From assembly GCA_965202785.1 (NCBI GenBank), contig OZ241855.1, positions 928,001 through 992,000 on the forward strand: a stretch of 64,000 bases of DNA, given 5' to 3'. The stretch comes from Thermodesulfobacteriota bacterium (GTDB lineage: Bacteria > Desulfobacterota_D > UBA1144 > Nemesobacterales > Nemesobacteraceae). The notes beneath the pieces were generated by a model that saw only the letters and a program-made list of their open reading frames with translations, did not search any database and was not told where the DNA came from. Position numbers and translations under genes: made by a program. The stretch's first letter is position 1. The number at the start of each line of letters is the position of its first letter. Positions 56,509 to 64,000 of this stretch are shown here, one piece after another.

Positions 56509-57171
56509 ATGAAAGAAACAAAAGAAATTGTCGCTGGAATAATTTCTGGTGTTATCGTTTTGATAGGTCAGTGGGTGTTCTTGTACTGGTTGAAGGAACA
56601 GACCAAAAACCATATTTTAAGGCTTGCAAAAGAGGCAGCAGATTCACTTGATGGTTTCAAGGATATTTATATGGCAAAACGTGGGGATGGGTTAACAATA
56701 ACAGAAAACTTGAAAGAAGCTGTAGTACAAGCAGATGGAACTCCTTGTGTGGTTTCTAAGAAGAAAGACCTTGCAAATGGCAGGTTTGAACGCCTTTGCA
56801 TAGAACTTCAGGCATTGCTTTCCTCTAGGCACGCGATGTATAGAATTAACGTGGAGGACATTGTCTGTTTTCTGGGAACCAAGGACAAGTTTCTAAAGGA
56901 GGCGAAACAGGAGTATTGCAAATTGGGGAACGTGGTTCGCGAGATGTTAATTCAGCCGATTGAAGGAAGACACAGGTTTAGAGATGTCTTCTTGTTATTG
57001 GGTTTAAGGTGTTCTTCTTTCCCAAGATCTTTTGCTGCGCCTCTTAGCCATGAGGTTCTTGGAAAAGGGGTGATAAAAATAGGGTTTGACTTTGATGGCA
57101 CGGAGAAATTGCTAAGCAAGAAAGAACCAAGGTGCCTTTGGGAACAACCGCAAGATACGGAAAAAAACTAG
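56509..57171 (+). CDS. Hypothetical protein with N-terminal TM helix
   Basis: 220-aa ORF with GAGGAG ribosome-binding site; hydrophobic IVAGIISGVIVLIGQWVFLYWL; no family recognised. Confidence 0.6.
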   Translation: MKETKEIVAGIISGVIVLIGQWVFLYWLKEQTKNHILRLAKEAADSLDGFKDIYMAKRGDGLTITENLKEAVVQADGTPCVVSKKKDLANGRFERLCIELQALLSSRHAMYRINVEDIVCFLGTKDKFLKEAKQEYCKLGNVVREMLIQPIEGRHRFRDVFLLLGLRCSSFPRSFAAPLSHEVLGKGVIKIGFDFDGTEKLLSKKEPRCLWEQPQDTEKN

Positions 57172-57388
57172 TCACAATGATTTGCGCAACGGAATTATTG
57201 GGTTGTCGGTTCAAAATTTTTCGCTAGTACGGGCCTTGAATTAGTAACTGTACTGCATGTCAGTAGTTCTCCTTTTTCAATTATCAAAAATTGCGACAAC
57301 TTCCCTGACATATGGGGCGTCGCCCATTCACGGCTTCTGCGAATAGCTGCAACTCCCTAAAAGGAGATTCAGCGATGCCCTTTGGAGT

Positions 57389-58702
57389 TCAAGCGGTGTG
57401 AATTTGCCTTTTATCAAGCTTTCCCCGCAGATGATGACTATTACGATAAACCGAGTCGATTTCCACATCCGAGAAACCTAACATCTTAAGTATATGAAGC
57501 TGGAGAATTGCTTCCATTTTGATGTAGACCAGCCAGAGATTTTTGCCTGTTGCCGCTCTTGGTTTTAGGCGTTTGTTATAATGCGTTAGATAATTTCTTG
57601 TGTCTACTATTGTATTTTTTAAGTCTTCTTGTTCCTCGCTTGTTCCAAGGAATCTGTTAAATGGTTCGATAAGTTCTTCTACTCTTTTACGGAGCTCCCT
57701 TCTTTTTATATTCGATGTTCTGCTATGGTAGACCTCAAGTCCCTGTGCTAATGCCAAGAATTTACCATCTAATAATTGGTATGCACCTGTCCTTGTGGCG
57801 AAGTAAAGGCCCAACGCAGGACTAAGCTCTTCATAAGCACCAAACCACTTGTTGAATATGCTTTCTGCATCTTCTTGAATCTGCTCAAGCCCAAACAGCA
57901 TTTTATGCCGGTCAACTTTGGATTCAGTTTCCGTATAAGGCAGACTTCGATAATAAAGGGATATAGGAGGGATGGTATCCCCTTTGCCGATATCCTTGCA
58001 TATCGTCTTGGAAGTTACGTATGCGCTGTCTATGCAGACGGGTTGATCCATCGCAAAACTCAGGAAAGTAGTAATTTTGTAAGCTGACGAGATAAAATCG
58101 CTTAATGAACATTCCTGTTCGGAGACAAGCTTAAAATACGTCTTTTGCGTTATCTTTGCATCTGTTAAGTTCGGAAATGTGGGTGGAGGAGTCCAATAGA
58201 ATGTGACCAAAAGTTTCATTCCGTTATTGAGATTTAGCGATAAATCTTCCGGTTGTCTATATTGCACAGATGCCGTTTTCTTTTCAATTTGATGCTTCAC
58301 TTCTATTCCGGTTATTCCAACCCATTCATCAATGCCTTCTACCGAAAATCTGAAAGTATTGATAAGGATGTCTTCTCCTTCGTAAGCAGTGCCGACCATA
58401 GCCATATCAGCACGAATTGTTGACTTGGAAATACCTCCGGAAAAAGAGATATTTCTGTTCGTATATGAACAATTCTCAAGTGTAACTAAGCTATCCTTTT
58501 CTACATGTCCAAGAATTCTTTTCAGGTAATCGTTGCCGCTAAAAAGGTTGTATGTTTCTTTGATGCTCTCTTCAAATAATCCAACTAATTCGAGCCGAAT
58601 TCTTCCACCTTCCGTGATAACGAGTGTCCCAGGCACCTTCTTTTCTGGGTTCGCAGGAAGCCAAAAATAGCCAGATTTTTTAAATTCGTCTTTTATTCGC
58701 AA
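57389..58702 (-). CDS. ApeA-like HEPN domain protein
   Basis: N-terminal GYFWLP..P...VPGTL (ApeA NTD-like), LAQGLEVYH, RNYLTH (RxxxxH HEPN RNase motif); start taken at TTG 58702 behind GGAG. Confidence 0.8.
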   Translation of the reverse strand: MRIKDEFKKSGYFWLPANPEKKVPGTLVITEGGRIRLELVGLFEESIKETYNLFSGNDYLKRILGHVEKDSLVTLENCSYTNRNISFSGGISKSTIRADMAMVGTAYEGEDILINTFRFSVEGIDEWVGITGIEVKHQIEKKTASVQYRQPEDLSLNLNNGMKLLVTFYWTPPPTFPNLTDAKITQKTYFKLVSEQECSLSDFISSAYKITTFLSFAMDQPVCIDSAYVTSKTICKDIGKGDTIPPISLYYRSLPYTETESKVDRHKMLFGLEQIQEDAESIFNKWFGAYEELSPALGLYFATRTGAYQLLDGKFLALAQGLEVYHSRTSNIKRRELRKRVEELIEPFNRFLGTSEEQEDLKNTIVDTRNYLTHYNKRLKPRAATGKNLWLVYIKMEAILQLHILKMLGFSDVEIDSVYRNSHHLRGKLDKRQIHTA

Positions 58703-58812
58703 TTCAAACTCCGCATAATCTGCATACATACCTAAAAGTCCAATGGAAATGGACATAAATAAGCATTCTGATGTAGGATAATACAATTGAAGAAGATTTG
58801 TAGTAATCTGCT

Positions 58813-61251
58813 ATGGACAAGAAAAGTCTAAGCGAACGTGATATCTGCACCAAGTTCATCACGCCGGCGCTCAGAAAGGCCGGGTGGGACGAGATGTTGC
58901 AAATCCGCGAGGAGGTCAGTTTCACTAAGGGCCGCATCATTGTTCGCGGCAAGCTAGTCAGTCGCGGCAAGCGCAAGCGTGCTGATTACGTACTCTATTA
59001 CAAGCCCAACATTCCTATTGCGCTGATTGAGGCAAAGGACAACTCACACGCCATCGGCGACGGCATCCAGCAGGGACTGGATTATGCCGAGACACTACAT
59101 ATTCCCTTTGTATTTTCTTCTAACGGAGACGGCTTTGTGTTCCACGACCGCACGGGAGCAGGCGCCGAAAGGGAGATCACTCTTGGCCTTGACGACTTCC
59201 CTTCGCCCAGTTGCTTATGGGAGCGCTTCTGCGCTTGGAAGAAACTTACACCCGAGGCGGAAGAGATTGTCCTTCAGGACTATTTTGACGACGGGGGACG
59301 TAAAGTGCCGCGCTACTACCAGGTTAATGCAGTCAATGCCACTATTGAGGCTATTGCCAAGGGACAAAAACGGATACTGTTGGTCATGGCGACGGGGACG
59401 GGCAAAACCTATACCGCTTTTCAGATCATCTGGCGTCTTTGGAAAGCGCGGCGTAAGAAACGAATCCTTTTTCTGGCTGACCGCAATGTCCTGATTGATC
59501 AGACCATGGTTAACGACTTTCGGTCTTTCGGACCGGCGATGGCCAAGCTCTCGACAAAATCTAAAACTATAAGCCGCGTTGGGGATTTCTCAGAAGACCT
59601 GACCACTGCCATTGATGGCAAGCATCGCATTGATAAATCATATGAAATTTATCTCGGCCTCTATCAGGCAATCACCGGGCCGGAAGAATCACAAAAGATC
59701 TATCGCGAGTTCTCGCCCGAGTTTTTCGACCTTATTGTGATTGACGAGTGCCATCGCGGCAGCGCGGCAGAAGATTCCGCCTGGCGTGAAATTTTGGATT
59801 ATTTCACGTCGGCTACCCAGATCGGTCTCACAGCCACGCCAAAGGAAACGGAATATGTTTCCAACATTAATTACTTCGGCGAACCTGTCTACTCTTATTC
59901 TCTGAAACAGGGCATTCTGGACGGGTTCCTCGCTCCCTATAAGGTCATCAAAATCCATATTGATCGCGACGTGGAAGGCTACAGACCTGAGAGGGGGCAA
60001 TTGGACCGCTATGGCAAAGAGGTTGAAGACAAGGTCTACGACACTAGAGATTTTGACCATACTCTTGTTCTGGACGACCGGACGAAGCTGGTTGCGCGCA
60101 GGGTTACCGAATTCCTGAAAGAGAGTCGCGATCGCTTCCAGAAGGCAATCATCTTCTGTGTTGATCAGGAGCACGCAGGTCGCATGCGCCAGGCACTTAT
60201 CAATGAGAATGCTGACTTGGTGGATGAAAATCACCGCTATGTCATGCGCATTACAGGTAGCGACGCCGAGGGCTTGGACCATCTGGACGAGTTTATTGAC
60301 CCGTATTCAAAATACCCTGTGCTGGTTACCACCTCGCGATTGCTGTCCACCGGCGTTGATGTGCAGACTTGCCGACTTATCGTGCTTGACCGCGAAGTCG
60401 GTTCTATGACCGAATTCAAGCAGATCGTCGGTCGCGGAACCCGTGTGCACGAAGACACCAGCAAGTTCTATTTTACCCTGATGGATTTCCGGGGCGCGAC
60501 AGTTCATTTCGCCGACCCTGATTTTGACGGCGAACCTGTGCAGATTTACCAGCCGGGCGAAAATGAACCAGTAATTCCACCCGAAGGCGACGCTAATGAT
60601 ATCGTTCTGCACGAACCGGGTGAAGACGATTCAGTTATTGACACATTGCATCCCGATATCATTCTCCCGAGCGATGGCAGTAGTGTGCGCAAGATTTATG
60701 TGGACGGGGTCGGGGCAACCATAATTGCCGAGAGGGTAGAGTATCTTGACGAGAACGGCAGACTGATCACCGAATCTCTGCGCGACTTCACGAAAAGGGC
60801 ACTGAAGAGGCGCTTCGCCAGCTTGGAGGATTTTCTGAAACGCTGGAATTCGGCGGAGCGCAAACAGGCAATTATTGATGAGTTGGAGGCCGAGGGTCTG
60901 CCACTTGATCTTATTGCCAAGGAACTGGGGAAAGATATAGATCCCTTTGATCTGATCTGTCATATCGCCTTTGATGCTAGGCCTTTGACTCGACACGAGC
61001 GGGCGGAGAACGTCAAGAGGCTTAACCTTCTGAGCAAATACGGCGACCGTGCCCGAGCCGTGTTGGATGCGCTTTTGGCCAAATATGCCGACGAGGGTTT
61101 TCTCAATATTGACGACGTCACCGTGTTGCGCATTTCGCCTTTCAATGAACTAGGCACCCCCGTTCAGCTTATCGGAGCCTTCGGCGGGAAGGACGGCTTC
61201 TCCGAGGCTGTCCACGAACTCCAGTCCGCCATCTATCAGGAGACAGCTTGA
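58813..61251 (+). CDS. hsdR: Type I restriction enzyme R subunit (EcoAI/EcoEI-like)
   Basis: ADYVL..IEAK nuclease motif, MATGTGKT, DECHRG, QIVGRGTR. Confidence 0.95.
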   Translation: MDKKSLSERDICTKFITPALRKAGWDEMLQIREEVSFTKGRIIVRGKLVSRGKRKRADYVLYYKPNIPIALIEAKDNSHAIGDGIQQGLDYAETLHIPFVFSSNGDGFVFHDRTGAGAEREITLGLDDFPSPSCLWERFCAWKKLTPEAEEIVLQDYFDDGGRKVPRYYQVNAVNATIEAIAKGQKRILLVMATGTGKTYTAFQIIWRLWKARRKKRILFLADRNVLIDQTMVNDFRSFGPAMAKLSTKSKTISRVGDFSEDLTTAIDGKHRIDKSYEIYLGLYQAITGPEESQKIYREFSPEFFDLIVIDECHRGSAAEDSAWREILDYFTSATQIGLTATPKETEYVSNINYFGEPVYSYSLKQGILDGFLAPYKVIKIHIDRDVEGYRPERGQLDRYGKEVEDKVYDTRDFDHTLVLDDRTKLVARRVTEFLKESRDRFQKAIIFCVDQEHAGRMRQALINENADLVDENHRYVMRITGSDAEGLDHLDEFIDPYSKYPVLVTTSRLLSTGVDVQTCRLIVLDREVGSMTEFKQIVGRGTRVHEDTSKFYFTLMDFRGATVHFADPDFDGEPVQIYQPGENEPVIPPEGDANDIVLHEPGEDDSVIDTLHPDIILPSDGSSVRKIYVDGVGATIIAERVEYLDENGRLITESLRDFTKRALKRRFASLEDFLKRWNSAERKQAIIDELEAEGLPLDLIAKELGKDIDPFDLICHIAFDARPLTRHERAENVKRLNLLSKYGDRARAVLDALLAKYADEGFLNIDDVTVLRISPFNELGTPVQLIGAFGGKDGFSEAVHELQSAIYQETA

Positions 61252-62711
61252 GCATGTCTGTTCGCAATCTTGTCAAATCCATTCAGAACATCATGCGTCA
61301 GGATGCTGGAATTGACGGCGATGCCCAGCGTATCAGCCAGTTGTGCTGGATGTTTTTCCTCAAGATCATTGACGATCAAGACAGAGAACTGGAACTGATG
61401 CGAAGTGATTACGTCTCACCGATTCCGGAGGCCTACCGGTGGCGCGTATGGGCGGCGGATCCTGAGGGTGTCACGGGCGAGGCCCTACTTGCTTTTGTAA
61501 ACAACGATCTGTTTCCAGTTCTTAAGGATCTTCGTACTACAGGACTGCAAGGCAATCGGTGCCGCGTCGTCCGAGATGTGTTTGAAGATGCTAACAACTA
61601 CATGAAATCCGGTCAGTTGATGCGTCAAGTAGTCAACAAGATCAATGAAGTTGATTTCAACGACCTGAGTGAGCGTCAGCATTTTGGCGATATTTACGAA
61701 CAGATTCTCAATGATTTGCAGTCGGCAGGCGATGCAGGAGAATACTATACTCCCCGAGCTGTTACTGCATTTATGGTGGATCGCATCGATCCGAAACCGG
61801 GTGAGACACTGTTTGACCCCGCCTGCGGCACCGGAGGTTTTCTGACCTGTTCTTTGCGCCACATGCGCAAACACTACGTCAAAAAGCCCAAAGACGAGAG
61901 GGTCATGCAGTCTGCTCTCCGCGCTGTTGAAAAGAAACCGCTTCCACATATGCTCTGCGTTACCAACATGCTTTTGCATGACATTGAGGATCCGGGCTTC
62001 GTCCGTCACGATAACACCCTAGCTCGACCCTATGTCAGTTGGGAGCAGAAAGACCGTGTGGATATTGTACTTACCAATCCACCGTTCGGCGGCAAGGAGG
62101 AAAATGGCATTGAAAGCAACTTCCCCCAGCATTTTCGGACCAAAGAAACGGCAGACCTGTTTCTTGCCCTTATAGTGCGCCTTTTAAAACCTGGCGGACG
62201 TGCCGCAGTGGTTCTGCCGAATGGTTCGCTGTTCGGCGAGGGCGTAAAAACTCGTCTTAAGAAACATTTAATGGAAGAGTGCAACCTCCACACTATTGTG
62301 CGCCTACCCGATTCCGTGTTCCGCCCTTACGCTCACATCGGCACCAATCTGCTGTTTTTTGAGAAAGGGGTGCCGACTGGCGACATCTGGTATTGGGAAC
62401 ATTGCGTGCCTGAGGGACAGAAAGCTTATTCCATGACGAAGCCGATCCTGTTGAAACACCTACAAGACTGCATTGACTGGTGGGGTGGGGCTAAGCGCAA
62501 GGATCGCAAAGAGACGGAATGTTCATGGAGGATAACAGCGGATGAGGTCAAAGAGAGTGGTTACAACCTAGATATCAAGAATCCACGTACAGAGAATAAT
62601 TATTACGGTGATCCTGAAGAGCTTTTGGCAAATTTGTCTATTGCCGAGACCGAGGCAATATCTTTGCGTGATCAGCTAAAGACAGTATTGGCGGAGGCGC
62701 TGAAACGATGA
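61248..62711 (+). CDS. hsdM: Type I R-M methyltransferase subunit
   Basis: GEYYTPR, DPACGTGGFL (SAM binding), NPPF (catalytic). Confidence 0.95.
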   Translation: MSMSVRNLVKSIQNIMRQDAGIDGDAQRISQLCWMFFLKIIDDQDRELELMRSDYVSPIPEAYRWRVWAADPEGVTGEALLAFVNNDLFPVLKDLRTTGLQGNRCRVVRDVFEDANNYMKSGQLMRQVVNKINEVDFNDLSERQHFGDIYEQILNDLQSAGDAGEYYTPRAVTAFMVDRIDPKPGETLFDPACGTGGFLTCSLRHMRKHYVKKPKDERVMQSALRAVEKKPLPHMLCVTNMLLHDIEDPGFVRHDNTLARPYVSWEQKDRVDIVLTNPPFGGKEENGIESNFPQHFRTKETADLFLALIVRLLKPGGRAAVVLPNGSLFGEGVKTRLKKHLMEECNLHTIVRLPDSVFRPYAHIGTNLLFFEKGVPTGDIWYWEHCVPEGQKAYSMTKPILLKHLQDCIDWWGGAKRKDRKETECSWRITADEVKESGYNLDIKNPRTENNYYGDPEELLANLSIAETEAISLRDQLKTVLAEALKR

Positions 62712-64000
62712 ACGCCGATCAGTTGCTGGACTATTACGAACAAATTGCCGATGCTCCTGGTGCCATCTCACGGTTGCGGCAGTTCGTAATGGATTTAGCG
62801 GTGCGTGGAAGGCTTGTAGAACAAGATCCCAATGATGAACCGGCATCGGAGTTATTAAAACGGATTGAATTGGAGAAGAAACGGTTAGTTGAAGTCGGGG
62901 AAATTAAAAAAAACAAGGCCAAATCAGTCAAAATGGTTGAAGTGGGTCCCGAACCATTCATAATTCCGCCTTCGTGGTGCTGGGTTCGATTTGCCTATAT
63001 TGCCGACTTTTCGGCAGGGAGAACTCCATCTCGAAATGAGCCAACTTTCTGGAATACTGGAGATTTTCCTTGGATCAGTATTTCCGACATTAATGACGGA
63101 GGTATAGTTGTAGAGACAAAGGAGACGATTAGTCAACTCGCGGCTCAGAAGGTGTTTAAGTCGCAACCTTCTGCTTTAGGCACAATTATAATGAGTTTCA
63201 AGTTAACAATCGGAAAAATAGCTCGATTGGGAATGGCCGCTTACCACAACGAAGCTATCATCTCGATCCGTCCGTTCAACACTGAAACAGGAGAATACCT
63301 TATGCGAGTTCTTCCTGAATTTGCCCGTCGAGGTGACACTAAAGGAGCGGTCAAAGGGGCGACACTCAATCAAAGTAGCATCTCAAACATTCTTATTCCC
63401 TTCCCGCCTTTAGCTGAACAATACCGCATCGTTGAGAAAGTCGATGAACTGATGTTGCTATGCGGTTGGTTAGAGTCTAAACGGTCAGAGCGAGAAGTGA
63501 TACGGGCCCGGCTTGCAGAGATGAGTCTTGGTCGCCTTAATGTGTCCAATACTAACCCGACTGTTTTTCAGAATCACGTCACTTTTGTCCTTGACAACCT
63601 CGTCCCACTTACTACCCACCCTAGGCAGATCAAGCTTCTGCGCCAGACAATTCTTAACCTTGCTATGTGCGGCAAATTGGTAGAACAAGATTCCAATGAT
63701 GAACCGGCATCGGAGTTATTAAAACGGATTGAATTGGAGAAGAAACGGTTAGTTGAAGTCGGGGAAATTAAGAAAAACAGGGCCAAATCAGTCAAAATGG
63801 TCAAACCAGATCAAGATCTTCCTAGATCATGGAAGTGGGTAGCACTTAGCACTGTTTTTCTGTATGACGCTGGAATCAAGCAGGAACCGAAAGCTTTGTC
63901 TCCAAACATGTGGTTGCTGGAACTTGAAGACATTGAGAAAGATACAGGGCGGTTACTGACTCGTGTTCAGGCATCTGAGCGGAAATCGAAGAGTACCAAA
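62708..64000 (+). CDS. hsdS: Type I R-M specificity subunit (runs off window)
   Basis: ATG at 62708 overlaps the hsdM stop; LAVRGRLVEQDPNDEPASELL, IPPSWCW, PFPPLAEQYRIVEKVDELM; frame open to the window end. Confidence 0.92.
   Translation, partial: MNADQLLDYYEQIADAPGAISRLRQFVMDLAVRGRLVEQDPNDEPASELLKRIELEKKRLVEVGEIKKNKAKSVKMVEVGPEPFIIPPSWCWVRFAYIADFSAGRTPSRNEPTFWNTGDFPWISISDINDGGIVVETKETISQLAAQKVFKSQPSALGTIIMSFKLTIGKIARLGMAAYHNEAIISIRPFNTETGEYLMRVLPEFARRGDTKGAVKGATLNQSSISNILIPFPPLAEQYRIVEKVDELMLLCGWLESKRSEREVIRARLAEMSLGRLNVSNTNPTVFQNHVTFVLDNLVPLTTHPRQIKLLRQTILNLAMCGKLVEQDSNDEPASELLKRIELEKKRLVEVGEIKKNRAKSVKMVKPDQDLPRSWKWVALSTVFLYDAGIKQEPKALSPNMWLLELEDIEKDTGRLLTRVQASERKSKSTK
62816..63801 (+). 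repeat. 122-bp direct repeat inside hsdS (62816-62937 and 63680-63801)
   Basis: Manual alignment shows 3 mismatches in 122 bp; each copy precedes a target recognition domain. Confidence 0.9.

Noticed and set aside
46850-57390. Integron cassette array
   Set aside because: No recurrent attC-like RYYYAAC...GTTRRRY structures were seen between genes, and orientations are mixed
1-64000. tRNA, rRNA or riboswitch genes
   Set aside because: No cloverleaf, T-loop or riboswitch consensus was recognised by eye; a covariance-model scan would be needed to exclude them

Overview
Bacterial chromosomal window with two parts; the gene style is deltaproteobacterial-like, possibly Ca. Dadabacteria (tentative, from protein style only). 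Bases 1-46.4 kb are mostly housekeeping: rpiA/pgi/tkt, a folate cluster with hpt, pepF, aguAB, a heterodimeric ABC exporter, aquaporin, amtB, miaB, uvrC, argBDF and xerC-hslV-hslU. hslU runs directly into a complete four-gene Anbu module (CP-ATP-grasp, alpha-E, proteasome-like Anbu, transglutaminase). Single accessory genes are interspersed: an AAA+/DUF4143 gene, an apparently catalytically dead HUH/RAYT-like transposase, Fic, an SSS transporter and a TonB receptor. Bases 46.5-64 kb form a defence island: a solo OLD ATPase-TOPRIM, a broken SLATT gene with a hidden TIR-domain frame missed by the ORF track, a Gabija-like pair, a DMT transporter, a second AAA+/DUF4143 gene behind three 23-bp repeats, an orphan membrane protein, an ApeA-like HEPN protein and a type I R-M system whose hsdS runs off the right edge. 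No tRNA, rRNA or CRISPR array was seen. All calls come from motif recognition by eye; no database search was run.
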